Positions 44,414-56,953 of a stretch of DNA of 64,000 bases are shown here, piece by piece. The stretch spans positions 352,001-416,000 of the forward strand of contig CBDDEL010000016.1 in the NCBI GenBank assembly GCA_965226885.1, given 5' to 3'. This DNA is from Opitutales bacterium (GTDB lineage Bacteria; Verrucomicrobiota; Verrucomicrobiia; Opitutales; UBA2987). How positions within the stretch are numbered: position 1 is the stretch's first letter; each line of letters starts with the position of its first letter. A program made the position numbers and the translations under genes. Below the pieces are notes generated by a model. That model saw only the letters and a program-made list of their open reading frames with translations. It made no database searches and was not told the DNA's origin.

Positions 44414-44598
44414 GCAATTGAATTGTTTACTTGTTTGATGCCAAAAATATGAAAAGGCGAAAGGAAAGCGCCTAGGTCATTTCTTGTCAAGCCGCATTAG
44501 AAAATTATGCCCTCCTGTATATTGCATCTTGCCATTGACCGCAAGAATTGCATACGAGCTAAATTTTACAGCAAGCAAATGACAAAAAGGAATCTATT

Positions 44599-45702
44599 AT
44601 GTTAAGGGCAGGCATCGTCGGTTTACCCAATGTGGGTAAATCCACCCTCTTCAACGCTTTAACCCGTTCCCGCAAAGCCGATGCGGAAAACTACCCATTT
44701 TGCACCATCGAACCAAATGTCGGCGTGGTCCAGGTGCCCGATGAACGGCTAGAGCCTCTGGCCAAAATAGGCACATCGGCGGCCATCATCCCGGCCGCCT
44801 TCGAATTCGTCGATATTGCCGGTTTGGTGGCCGGAGCCAGCGAGGGGGAAGGCCTCGGAAATCGCTTCCTCTCCCATATTCGGGAGGTGGACGCTATCAT
44901 CCAGGTTGTCAGATGTTTCCAGGACAAGGATGTGGTCCACCTCATGGGGGCCGTGGACCCGGTCCGGGACATTGAGACCATCACCACCGAACTCATTCTG
45001 GCGGACTTGCAATCAACCGAAAACCAGTTGAAAAAAAATACCAAAAAAGCCCGCGGTGGAGACAAGGAGGCCGCGGACAATATTGCCCTGCTGGAACGGC
45101 TCATGCCCCACCTCAATGAAATGAATCCGGCCATTACCCTGCCCCTTTCCGATGAAGAACAGCCGGTTTTAAATAGGCTTTGCCTGCTTTCCGCCAAACC
45201 AATCCTCTATGCCTGCAATATTTCCGAAAGCGATTTGGCCAACCCCCGATCCAACCCATTCGTGGCGCAGGTGGAGCAATACGTGAAAGACCGGCATGAC
45301 GCTGAAACTTGCGTCATTTGCAGCAAACTGGAGCAAGACCTGGCTGAATTGAGCAAAGATGAGGCCGCCGAATACATAGCAGAACTGGGAGCCGAGGGTT
45401 CAGGCGTGGACGATCTCATAAAAACCGCTTTCGGACTTCTCGGATTGGCCACTTTTCTCACCGTGGGGGAAGAAGAAGCCCGCGCCTGGACTTTCCAGTT
45501 GGGCATGAAAGCCCCCCAATGCGCCGGCGTCATACACACCGATTTCGAGAAAGGTTTCATTAAGGCAGAAGTGGTTTCCTTTGAAGACCTGGTAAAAGCC
45601 GGGAGCATCGCAGAGGCCCGTCAAGCTGGGAAATACCGGCTGGAAGGCAAAGACTACCCGTTCAAAGACGGCGACGTAGTCCTATTCCGCTTTAATGTTT
45701 AA
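44599..45702 (+). CDS. ychF: Redox-regulated ATPase YchF
   Basis: GLPNVGKST, NYPFCTIEPN, DIAGLV and IHTDFEKGFIKAE motifs. Confidence 0.97.
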   Translation: MLRAGIVGLPNVGKSTLFNALTRSRKADAENYPFCTIEPNVGVVQVPDERLEPLAKIGTSAAIIPAAFEFVDIAGLVAGASEGEGLGNRFLSHIREVDAIIQVVRCFQDKDVVHLMGAVDPVRDIETITTELILADLQSTENQLKKNTKKARGGDKEAADNIALLERLMPHLNEMNPAITLPLSDEEQPVLNRLCLLSAKPILYACNISESDLANPRSNPFVAQVEQYVKDRHDAETCVICSKLEQDLAELSKDEAAEYIAELGAEGSGVDDLIKTAFGLLGLATFLTVGEEEARAWTFQLGMKAPQCAGVIHTDFEKGFIKAEVVSFEDLVKAGSIAEARQAGKYRLEGKDYPFKDGDVVLFRFNV

Positions 45703-45750
45703 AAAGCGGAACCGGGTCGGAAAAAAGCCGCCAGTCCCAGGCCAGAAAAA

Positions 45751-46581
45751 TCAGGGATACCAATCCAGCAGGTGGACTTTTATGTCAGGATCTTCCCCCA
45801 CCAACTCGCTGAATTTTTTTACATCGCTATGGGTCCCGTCCCGGCTGCGATAATGAAATGGAATAACATTCCGGGGTTTGAATTCCAGAACCGCGCTGGC
45901 GGCCTGCTCCACCTCCATGGTATAGGGAGAGTTCATGCAGACAAAGGCGACATCGATATTTACCAATTGCCGCATTTCCGGAATATCCTCCGTATCCCCC
46001 GAAATATAAACCCGCAAGCCATCAAAATCTATAACGTACCCATTTCCCCGGCCCTTGGTGTGAAACCGGGCCCGATCGGAAGATATATTGTACATGGGTA
46101 TTGCCTTGATATTAATCCCCCCTAAATAAGCCGTACTGCCGTTGATGAGTATTTCCATCTTTTTCTTCAACCCCCTCAATTCCTTCGGCTTCTTTGACTG
46201 CTTTGGCTTAACTGACCTGCTTGCCCTCTCTCTAACGACAACCTTAGGCCCGAAAATGCGGGTTTTACCGGATACAACACCCTCCATTGTATCCCAGTCC
46301 AAATGATCCCCATGAAAATCCGTAATCAATATAATATCGGGCCGGGGGTATTTGCTGAACTTGCCGGAACCGCCCACCGGATCCACATAAACAGTGGTGC
46401 CATCATGTTGCAGAACCACCGTGCTATGTTCTATGGGGTAAACGGTGAGGCTGCCCGCTTCCGACGAGATAATTTGCCCCACCGGATTGGCAGGCGATTT
46501 TGTATCGGCCGCCCGGCCCATGAACGGCAAGCCAAAAGCCAGCATAAAGGCAACCATTGAGAAAATAACATTAACGCGCAT
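45751..46581 (-). CDS. Secreted MBL-fold metallo-hydrolase
   Basis: YVDP, TDFHGDH, YISGDTED and IPFHY motifs; signal peptide from ATG 46581. Confidence 0.85.
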   Translation of the reverse strand: MRVNVIFSMVAFMLAFGLPFMGRAADTKSPANPVGQIISSEAGSLTVYPIEHSTVVLQHDGTTVYVDPVGGSGKFSKYPRPDIILITDFHGDHLDWDTMEGVVSGKTRIFGPKVVVRERASRSVKPKQSKKPKELRGLKKKMEILINGSTAYLGGINIKAIPMYNISSDRARFHTKGRGNGYVIDFDGLRVYISGDTEDIPEMRQLVNIDVAFVCMNSPYTMEVEQAASAVLEFKPRNVIPFHYRSRDGTHSDVKKFSELVGEDPDIKVHLLDWYP

Positions 46582-46814
46582 AATTCTCTTTACCTCGAAA
46601 TGCCATAAAACCAAATACAAAGTTGAACAGCGGGAAAAAAACTGGAGAAACCCGAGGATATCCGACAAAGATAATCGCTAGCACAAACTCCAATAATTTA
46701 AAAGATCAAAATAAAAGGGGACTGACCTGGGAACAATGAATCGCCTCTCATGGCGCCCCGGCATTCAGCACCCTGAATCCTGACCCTTTTTCTCAGAAAC
46801 TTTGAATCAGCGCG

Positions 46815-47654
46815 TTAGCTATACCGGCTGATAATATCCTGTAGGTTCTCTTGGGTTCTCTCGCAGATATTGGCAAAATCGTCCTCGGTAAAGCCCAGGT
46901 ATTCAAGCGCCAATTGTTTTTCGTCCAAATCGGCCGCCCCCATGGCAGTTCCCGCGCCGATTGTCTTGGCGACGATATTTGCCATTTGCACAACATAAGG
47001 CAAAGGTTCGTCCAATTCTTCCGGCGTGTGATGGTAAATGATGCCTTTGACAATGGCTTCGGGTAGTTTCCATTGCTGGGCCACCAATCCGCCGACCTCT
47101 CCATGATGGACCAGCAAAAGATCCGATTCGGCCTGCCGTTCGCTGGCCCCGCCCATCTGACGAGCCTCAGCCAGCAGCCGCAGGGCGTCTGAATCCAAAA
47201 ACCGCATGAGGACCAGTTTGCCCACATCATGGAGCAATGCGGTGGTAAAACTTTCGTGAGGAATTTCTACCGAGGTGAGACCTCGAAAAATTTCAACGGC
47301 CAGAGCCGAAGCAATGGAATGTTTCCACAATTCGCCTTCGGTCAGTCCATATTCGGGGATGGACTGGTCGAAGTCCTTTCGTACGCTAGAGGCAATGGCC
47401 ACTTCCAGAATGATTCCGGTGCCCATGCGCATAACCGCTTCGTCGACGGATGTTACCGGCGCCAGACTGGCGCTGGCGGCGGAATTTGCCCATCGCAAGA
47501 CCTTGGCCGTTAGCGATTGGTCAAAAGAAATTACCTCGGCAATCTCGTTCAGGTCGCAATCATCTTTGACTACCAAAGACGCCAGGCGAGTCACGCTTAC
47601 CGGCAGAGGCGTCAAGTCGCTTGAACTGCTTATCACATCGTCTAGATTGATCAT
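46815..47654 (-). CDS. HDOD-domain signalling protein
   Basis: DQSLTAKVLRWANSA, LWKHS, LLHDVGKL and WKLP motifs. Confidence 0.92.
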   Translation of the reverse strand: MINLDDVISSSSDLTPLPVSVTRLASLVVKDDCDLNEIAEVISFDQSLTAKVLRWANSAASASLAPVTSVDEAVMRMGTGIILEVAIASSVRKDFDQSIPEYGLTEGELWKHSIASALAVEIFRGLTSVEIPHESFTTALLHDVGKLVLMRFLDSDALRLLAEARQMGGASERQAESDLLLVHHGEVGGLVAQQWKLPEAIVKGIIYHHTPEELDEPLPYVVQMANIVAKTIGAGTAMGAADLDEKQLALEYLGFTEDDFANICERTQENLQDIISRYS

Positions 47655-47743
47655 GGGTAATAAGTGATTTGATATTTAATTAAAAAATAATTTTATGCCA
47701 ACGGCTTGAGATTTAATGTTGCCCAACGGTTTTCCACTACTCA

Positions 47744-48563
47744 TTACCCACGCACTCTATAACAGGTTGTGCGGTGCAGCCTTAATATCTCGAATGAATC
47801 ATCCAGGTTGATGGTCGTTTCGGCCGCCCCCAAAAATAAATAACCGCCCGGTTTGAGCAAGGTTTTGACCTTGCGCAGGATCTCCCTTTTGACCTCCGGG
47901 GCGAAGTAAATCATAACGTTTCTTAAAAAAATGACATCCATCATGGGCATAATAGGCCAGGTTCATTCTACGATACTCGATCATATCCCTGATTTCCTTC
48001 TTGATGCGCGCGTTGTGGCCATCCTGTGCAAAGTATTTCACCATCAGCTGGGCCGGCAGACCCCGATTCAGTTCCAGTTTGGAGTAGAGTCCCGCTTTAG
48101 CCCGCTCGATCATTTCACTGGAAAGATCGCACCCTAGAATTCTGATATTCCAATCGGAATGGAGCAGAAAGTATTCCCTCAGGAGCATGGCAATGGTATA
48201 GGGTTCTTGTCCACTGGAGCAGGCCGCGCACCAAATCTGTAAATCTTTATGCGCGTTGTTCCTGACAAAAATCTCGGGCAGAACTTTATGCCGCAGTACC
48301 TCAAAAGGGTGGATGTCCCGAAACCAGGAGGTCTCATTCGTGGTCATGGCGTCGATAACGCTTTCCTGCAATAGCGCGTCGTGGCCAAATCGCAATTTAT
48401 TGATCAATTCTTCTAGCGAACCCAAGCCGTTTTTTCGGATCACTTGCAAGAGCCGCGATTCGACCAAATACTCCTTGCCATCGTCCAGGACAATGGCGGA
48501 TCGATCATTGACGAAGTCACGAATGAATTCGAAGTCGACGCGGCTTATGGAAAAAGTGACCAT
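47744..48563 (-). pseudogene. cheR: Chemotaxis methyltransferase CheR, frameshifted near 47955
   Basis: TTNETSWFRD and AACSSGQEPY in one frame, DVIFLRNVMIYF in another. Confidence 0.9.
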
Positions 48564-48591
48564 TTTTTTTCGGCTTTTTGTTACGGAATGT

Positions 48592-49706
48592 TTAATGGGC
48601 CATCCTCACTTCACGAATGTTGCGAGAGTTTTTTTTTCGCACTTCCCTGAGGATGGTCGGAGCAATTTGTTCGATCGGCAGGATTTTTTCCGCCAGGCCA
48701 GCTTCGGCCACATATCCGGGCATACCCCAGACCACGCTGGACTCCTCATCCTGGACAAAAACCCGGCCTCCCTCCTCAATGATATCCCCGGCCCCTCGCA
48801 ACCCATCCTTGCCCATGCCGGTGAGCACAATTGACAAGCTGTTGGCCCCATAGGTCCTGGCCACGGAACGAAAAAGCGTGTCCACCGCCGGGCGGCAGGA
48901 ATTTTCCGGGGAATCCTGGTTCAGCTCGAGCGTTTTACTGACAACACTTCCGCCAATCGTCATATGAAAATTTCCCGGCGCAATCCAGGCTTGTCCCGGT
49001 TTCAGGACAGCCCGGTGTAGCCTTCGTAAACCTCGATGCGGGACTGCTTGGACAAGCTTTTAGCCAGCAACCCGGTAAAAGTAGGGGGCATGTGCTGCAC
49101 GATAACGATAGGCACGGGGAAATACGATGGAAAGAATGGAATGATTTTAGCCAAGGCATTGGGTCCTCCCGTGGACACCCCGATGGCCAAAATATCGATA
49201 TTGGCCTGAACGGAAACGCCTTTTCGAGGAATTATTCTTTTTTGCGCAGCCACTGGCATGGCGGAAGGCCAAGGCATCCGGGTCGATATGTTTTTAACGG
49301 TTGGGCAAAGGGCCTTCACCTTGGGGTTGAGCTCATTCTTGATTTGAGCGAAAGCTTCATTGATATTGCGAATTTGTGAAGGCTTGGTTACGTAATCCCT
49401 GGCCCCCAAGCGCAGAGCTTCCAGTGTGGATGAGGCCGCCCGCTCTGTAATCGCACTGAACATGATGACCGGCAAACTCGGATATTTTTGCCGGATTATG
49501 GCCAAGGTTTGCAAACCATCCATCTCTGGCATTTCCACGTCCAGAGTGATAAGGTCGGGATTGAGTTGGGGGATTTTAGCAATCGCCATCTTGCCATTGG
49601 GCGCGGTGCCGGCCACTTCCAGAGCCTCATCAGTGGACAGAGCTTTTGAGATTATTTTTCGAAAAACGGCCGAATCATCGACAACTAAAATTCGTGCTTT
49701 ATCCAT
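48592..49706 (-). pseudogene. cheB: Chemotaxis methylesterase CheB, frameshifted near 49011
   Basis: REC domain, STGGP and VQHMP, then RPAVD and LTGMGKDG in another frame; one extra G would restore GAVLKPGQAWIAPG. Confidence 0.9.
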
Positions 49707-49718
49707 TCTCCAAAACCT

Positions 49719-50084
49719 TTAAATAACTCCCATCAGGGTCAGCTTGCTTAATAAATCTTCTTTCGTAAAAGGCTTCATGAGGTACTCGTTGGCCCCCGCG
49801 TCGAGGGCTTTGACAACTTTGTCGAGTTCGTTTTCCGTCGTCACCATCATAATGCACAATCCCTCATTTTCGGATTTGGCGCGAGCGTTGCAAACGAACT
49901 CATAGCCATCCATAACGGGCATGTTCCAATCGACCAAAGCCAAGTCCAAATCGCCGTTTTCCTCCAGTCTGTTGAGGGCCTGTTGTCCATCGGCCGCTTC
50001 CACCGTGTCGAAGCCCAATTCTCTGAGGATTTTGCTGAGGAATTTCCGTAAGGTTCTGGAGTCGTCAACTATCAATGCATTCAT
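49719..50084 (-). CDS. cheY: CheY-like single-domain response regulator
   Basis: IVDDS, VDWNMP and KPF motifs; within the che cluster. Confidence 0.88.
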   Translation of the reverse strand: MNALIVDDSRTLRKFLSKILRELGFDTVEAADGQQALNRLEENGDLDLALVDWNMPVMDGYEFVCNARAKSENEGLCIMMVTTENELDKVVKALDAGANEYLMKPFTKEDLLSKLTLMGVI

Positions 50085-50605
50085 AATTTAATCGGGATTA
50101 CTGTTATCGTTTAAAAATACAGGGTAAACGGAGGCTGTGGCCGCCCATCATTCCGAGGCCCCAACCGGCATTCATCCTTCCGAATCTTTATCGGCAGCTT
50201 TTTACGACAAAACAGTCCCATTTAACTGTTTTTTCTTTGCGATATTTTTTATAATTCCCCGCAATAGAGTTATTATCGGCTCTCACTAAACTGCTGCATA
50301 AATTCCCCGGTTACAGTTGCGCTTCGGCTCATCTTTGGCCGACTAACGCCTGCGCTCGGCATAAATAGATTTTGGCGCAAATTGCGGGCGTGTCCGTGCA
50401 ATAATTTACCAAGGGAACGTTGCAGCACACCTTGTGCTTCATGGTGGCCCCGGCCAGCCGCAAGGGCTAAGCCTGAATTTTATCCCCGTAAGTTATATGT
50501 TTTGATAAATGTATCGTGTCCGCTTTTGTGTTATTTAAAGTTCAAAGCCGAAAATTCGAATATCTTGTCTATGTCCAGCGTCATAAGGAGTTTGTCCTTC
50601 AGTTT

Positions 50606-52978
50606 GGTAGTGTATTAAGTAGGAATGGTGGCTAATTCTTGATTATATTGATGAATGAAAAGTCTCAGACAGGTTTCATGCATACTCTTAACCCGGATAT
50701 TTCGTAAAAAAAGTATCGTTGATATGCTTAACTGCTGATATACAGCAGGATAGATCAATAATTAAAGCAATATCAGCGATGACAAAAGGTAAACAATCAA
50801 AGCTACAGTTGACAAGGGTAAAAGGCCGCCGTGTGCGGGTTGATTTCAAGGGCGGAGAGGTTACTTCGGATGCCGGACTGCTTTTGATCCGGGAAGTGGA
50901 TCGGCAGTTGGGCTTGACCGAACGAGCGGCCCGACAGTTAGTGGACAAACGGCAGAAGGGCAAAGTACGCCATGAGGTATTGGGGATGCTGCGGCAGCGC
51001 GTTTACGGGCTGGTGGCGGGCTATGAGGATTTGAACGACTTTGATACCCTGCGCCACGATCCATTGTTGCAAACGGTAACGGGGCGCATTGAAACGTTGG
51101 CCAGCGCGCCGACTGTGTGTCGTTTTGAAAACGGGCAGGATCGGCGGGCGGCCTTTGCGGTAAACGAGCTGTTGGTCGAACAGTTCATGGGCTCCTTTGC
51201 CGAGGAACCCGAAGAGATCATCCTGGACTTTGACGCCACCGACAATCCGGTGCACGGGCTCCAGGAGGGACGTTTTTTCCACGGTTATTATGATCATTAC
51301 TGTTTTCTGCCGCTATATGTTTTTTGCGGTGATCAGCTGCTGGTGGCCTACCTGCGGCCGAGCAAGATCGATGCCAGCAAGCATGCCGGGGCCATCCTCA
51401 AATTGCTGGTTAAACGGATTCGCCAAAGCTGGCCCCGTACGCGGATTATTTGGCGCGCCGACAGTGGATTTTGTCGAGACCGGATACTCTCTTGGTGCGA
51501 CCGCAACGAAGTTAGTTACATCGTGGGGATGGCTCGCAATGCACGCTTGCAGCAAGACGCCCAGCAGTTGCAAAAGCAGGCCAAAGAATGGTTCGAACTA
51601 AGGGGTAAAAAACAACGGTTATTCCAGGACTTCGTCTATGCTGCCGATTCGTGGCGATGGCTGCGGTTGGTCATCCATAAAGCCGAACACACCGCACAGG
51701 GGTCCAACCCGCGCTTCGTGGTGACGAACCTGCCGGGCGATCCCCAGGAGCTTTACGACAAGGTATACTGTGGCCGCGGTGAAATGGAGAACCGAATCAA
51801 GGAACAGATGCAATTGTTCAGCGAGCGCACCAGCGCCCATCAATGGTGGGCCAATCAGTGGCGATTGCTCTTGTCGGCGCTGGCCTACACCTTGATGGAA
51901 GCCATGCGCCGGTTAGCCTTAAAAGGGACGAAGTGGGCGCGGGCCCAATGCCACACCCTGCGGCTCAAATTAATCAAGATCGGAGCGGTCATCGTGCGCA
52001 ACACCCGAACGATTCACTTTCACCTAAGTGAGAGTTATCCTTGGGCCAGTCTTTTCAACCATGCGGCCCGCCGATTGGTGCCAACCTAAAGGGTGCATTG
52101 GTGCTGCCCCCGGCACTACCGAACCAATGGGGGAAAGGGGGCAGTGTCTCTACACCCTGAAAAACACCTAAAAATCAAGACGATCTGCTCAAAATACAAA
52201 GAAATCCATCTCCAATAGCAATAACGAGCCAAACTTTACCCTTCATGAAATATCCGGGTTAAGCTTGGAAAAGGAGAGGGTTTTGCGTGTGAAACGACCC
52301 AGTCGTTGGCGCAGGGTATTGTTCCATCGTTCCACATGGGCCGTTTCACCGGTTTCTTTTCCCACGGAGCGGTTATGAGGAAAGACTTCATCATAAGTGC
52401 TCCAAAAGTCGCTGTAGGTGGCACATCTTTTGTAGGCCCGTGGCAGACGCTCGTAAAGTTCCCGGCAACGATACCAATCCCGAGGCCCAATGGCATAGGA
52501 GAGGATTTGACGGGTGCGTCGGCAAAGAGCGATCCAAACCCATTGGGCATCGCTCTTGCGCCCCACAAAAGACCACAGTTCGTCCAGTTCAATGACATCA
52601 TGGCGGCGGGCCGCAAGAATCGTGCTTTTGAGCGGTCGCAGCGATTGTCGTTTTTTTTAACCAACTCAAACCGGTGTTGGGACTCACCCCGAAGGCGCGC
52701 TGTAAACCGCGTAGACTGCTGCGTTCCTGATAGACTCGAAGGATCATTTCTTTTTGCTCTTCGGTGTATTTCACTGTGGGGTTTTCGCGGCTTTGTTTAC
52801 CACAATCATGGCAGCGGTAGCGCTGTTTATGGTTGGGCGTCTTGCCAAATTTAATGATATTTTCACTTCCACAGTGCCGACAATTAATAATTTTAGTAAC
52901 CATGCACTAAGAATAAACTGCCTAACGCTATTTGTACAGCTAAAAATACAAAATAACATTCTTTTTTTATACACTACC
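50606..52978 (-). mobile_element. IS1-family element A, interrupted by IS1380
   Basis: GGTAGTGT/ACACTACC ends; TSD TTCAGTTT. Confidence 0.95.
50692..52258 (+). mobile_element. IS1380-family element, copy 5 (intact ORF ending 52089)
   Basis: TSD TTAA; 1567 bp. Confidence 0.95.
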
Positions 52979-55365
52979 TTCAGTTTGTAAGCGCCGGTGG
53001 TTAATTCCTTCGCCTTACCGCGAAGATTTTGCGGAGGAGACTCATAAATTCCGTCATCCACTTCGATCACGTCACCGATTTCATCGACCAGTAGACTAAC
53101 GGCTCCATCATCTGTTTTAATAATCACATTCATGGGCACATCCTCCTTCTTGCGCTGTTTCAGGCCCAATCGGCGGCGCAGGTCAATGGCGGTGACGATT
53201 TGACCGCGTAAATTGATCAGACCCTTGATGACGGAATCGGCCAGCGGCACGCTCGTCATATCCTGGACGTTCTTTACGTTGATTCCGTAGAATTTTCCGC
53301 CTACATAAAAAGTACAATATTGATTCAATTCAGCCATGCTATTTCAAATTTGAAGATTAGTTTAATTGACTCCAATGGTCTCGTAGAAATTAGGATCGGC
53401 GGATTTTATAATTTCGGAAACATCAAGCAACTCCGTGACTTTTTTCTGTATAATAGCCGTGCCAATGATTCCCCGACGATTCATGCCAGGCTTCAGATCG
53501 AAGTCTTCTTCTACAATATCCTGGATGTTTTTCACGATCAAACCAACGCTCTTTCCATTTTCCGAATAAACCACTATTTTAAGCGCATCTTCCTCATTCT
53601 CGTCTCTTCTTGCCGATTGATTACCAATAGCATCGTCAAGGTTAATAAGGGGCAGGATTTCGCCTCTGTATTGAACTACGCTTCGGCTGCCCGCCAATTC
53701 CAGGGAATCGCTCGGAATTTCCTCCAACCGCGATATCGCGGATAACTGAATGGCCATGCGGGAAGAAGCGCCGGATTCAATGAGTAACAAACTCTGTCGC
53801 TCTGAGGCGGCCGTTTCCAATCGATTATCGGCTTCCTGCATGGATTTGTTATGGTCTTTCCCCAAAATTCTGGAGCAGTTGGCAATACCCATGACATCGA
53901 GGATGAGGGCGACTTGGCCATCTCCCATGATAGTGGCCCCGGCGTAACAGGTGATTTCTTTAAGTGTCTTCCCCAAAGGTTTGACAACGATTTCCTCGGT
54001 GTCGTTTATTTTGTCCACGACCAGACCAAATTGATGATCGTCTGCCTGCAAGACGACTATGCTGACCGATTCGTCCTGCAAGGACCCATTGCCGTTTTCA
54101 CTACCCGAATCCAATTCAAGTACTTCATCTAGAAAGACAATCGGCAGGAGGTTCCCTCTAAGACGGTAAACCGGGGTTCCCTGTATGAATTCGATAACGC
54201 TTTTGTTTTCCAGCCGGACCAACTCCAAAAGACTGACCTGGGGGATGGCGAAGCGCTCATCGCGGCAGGAAACGGTCAGGGCGGGGATGATGGCCAAGGT
54301 CAGGGGAATCCTGATTTTTATAGTGGTGCCCTCCCCCGGTTTGCTCAGAATATCTATGGAACCGCCAATCTTTTCGATGTTGGTTTTGACCACATCCATG
54401 CCGACTCCGCGGCCGGATACATTGGTCACGTTTTTCGCCGTCGAGAGTCCCGGCAGGAAGAGCAAGTTGGTTTTTTCCTGTGCCGTTAAGTTTTCGGCCT
54501 GACTTTCCGTTAGGAGTCCTAATTTAATGGCCTTCCCAAGTACGCGATCAAAGTCAATGCCTCCTCCATCATCGGAAATTTCTATATTGACCTTACCCCC
54601 CTCGTGAAAGGCTCGCAACAGCAACGTCCCCTCCTCGGGCTTATTCGCTGCCCGCCTCACGTCCGGCAATTCGATTCCGTGGTCGGCCGAATTACGCACG
54701 ATGTGGGTCAATGGGTCCTTTATCGCCTCAATCAACGTTTTATCCAATTCGGTTTCCTTGCCCTCCATCTCAAGGTTGATTTTTTTGCCGCATTGGCTGG
54801 CCAGGTCCCTGACCACGCGAGGAAATTTATTCCATATGTTGCCGATGGGCTGCATGCGGGTTTTCATAACTCCCTCCTGCAACTCGGTAGCAATCAAATT
54901 TAGGCGTTGGGACATGGCGCTGAAGTTGGCGTCTTCCTGGTTGGCGGTATATTGTAAAATTTGGTTTCGGGTCAAAACAAGTTCGCCCACCAAAGCCATC
55001 AAATTATCGAGTAGACTAACTCCCACCCTGATACTTCCTTCACTCACTTTGACCGCTGCAGTTTCATTCGGGTTGACGCCTAACTGAGTAAGTTCGATAG
55101 GTTCATCCTCTCCTTTGGCAGTTACATCCTTTACAGGTGGCGTAGCTGGGGCTTTGGTAGAAGCCGCTTCCTCATCTAGCTTCCTCATCTATCGGCTTCA
55201 CTTGCGGAAGGTCTATTTCCTCAATCGTTGGTGGTTCCTCTTTTTGTATTTTTAAAACAGCTACGGGAGCTGGAACGGGAGTTTCCTCGCCATCCTCTTC
55301 GGCCAAACAGGTAATCATTTCGATAAGCGATGAGTAATCGCCATCGCCCTCAGTCTTACTGCTAA

Positions 55366-56896
55366 CCCGGATATTTCGTAAAAAAAGTATCGTTGATATG
55401 CTTAACTGCTGATATACAGCAGGATAGATCAATAATTAAAGCTACAGTTGACAAGGGTAAAAGGCCGCCGTGTGCGGGTTGATTTCAAGGGCGGAGAGGT
55501 TACTTCGGATGCCGGACTGCTTTTGATCCGGGAAGTGGATCGGCAGTTGGGCTTGACCGAACGAGCGGCCCGACAGTTAGTGGACAAACGGCAGAAGGGC
55601 AAAGTACGCCATGAGGTATTGGGGATGCTGCGGCAGCGCGTTTACGGGCTGGTGGCGGGCTATGAGGATTTGAACGACTTTGATACCCTGCGCCACGATC
55701 CATTGTTGCAAACGGTAACGGGGCGCATTGAAACGTTGGCCAGCGCGCCGACTTTGTGTCGTTTTGAAAACGGGCAGGATCGGCGGGCGGCCTTTGCGGT
55801 AAACGAGCTGTTGGTCGAACAGTTCATGGGCTTCTTTGCCGAGGAACCCGAAGAGATCATCCTGGACTTTGACGCCACCGACAATCCGGTGCACGGGCTC
55901 TAGGAGGGACGTTTTTTCCACGGTTATTATGATCATTACTGTTTTCTGCCGCTATATGTTTTTGCGGTGATCAGCTGCTGGTGGCCTACCTGCGGCCGAG
56001 CAAGATCGATGCCAGCAAGCATGCCGGGGCCATCCTCAAATTGCTGGTTAAACGGATTCGCCAAAGCTGGCCCCGTACGCGGATTATTTGGCGCGCCGAC
56101 AGTGGATTTTGTCGAGACCGGATACTCTCTTGGTGCGACCGCAACGAAGTTAGTTACATCGTGGGGATGGCTCGCAATGCACGCTTGCAGCAAGACGCCC
56201 AGCAGTTGCAAAAGCAGGCCAAAGAATGGTTCGAACTAAGGGGTAAAAAACAACGGTTATTCCAGGACTTCGTCTATGCTGCCGATTCGTGGCGATGGCT
56301 GCGGTTGGTCATCCATAAAGCCGAACACACCGCACAGGGGTCCAACCCGCGCTTCGTGGTGACGAACCTGCCGGGCGATCCCCAGGAGCTTTACGACAAG
56401 GTATACTGTGGCCGCGGTGAAATGGAGAACCGAATCAAGGAACAGATGCAATTGTTCAGCGAGCGCACCAGCGCCCATCAATGGTGGGCCAATCAGTGGC
56501 GATTGCTCTTGTCGGCGCTGGCCTACACCTTGATGGAAGCCATGCGCCGGTTAGCCTTAAAAGGGACGAAGTGGGCGCGGGCCCAATGCCACACCCTGCG
56601 GCTCAAATTAATCAAGATCGGAGCGGTCATCGTGCGCAACACCCGAACGATTCACTTTCACCTAAGTGAGAGTTATCCTTGGGCCAGTCTTTTCAACCAT
56701 GCGGCCCGCCGATTGGTGCCAACCTAAAGGGTGCATTGGTGCTGCCCCCGGCACTACCGAACCAATGGGGGAAAGGGGGCAGTGTCTCTACACCCTGAAA
56801 AACACCTAAAAATCAAGACGATCTGCTCAAAATACAAAGAAATCCATCTCCAATAGCAATAACGAGCCAAACTTTACCCTTCATGAAATATCCGGG
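55366..56896 (+). mobile_element. IS1380-family element, copy 6 (decayed)
   Basis: TSD CTAA; 35-bp deletion between AATTAAAGC repeats, TAG at 55901 and a -1 frameshift near 55960. Confidence 0.95.
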
Positions 56897-56953
56897 CTAA
56901 CGATATGATCAAGCATTTCCCGGACGGCGTCGCCCATGGACAAGAGGATATTG

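Larger units (their letters stand above)
50531..53337 (-). pseudogene. cheW: CheW split by IS1-A::IS1380
   Basis: GLINLRGQIV and LLVDEIGDV; C-terminus KDKLLMTLDIDKIF* resumes across TSD TTCAGTTT. Confidence 0.9.

Noticed and set aside
50085..50530. Riboswitch, sigma-28 promoter or MCP remnant between cheW and cheY
   Set aside because: Two GCCGATAA boxes on the minus strand lack a correctly spaced TAAA; no recognisable aptamer or MCP motif.
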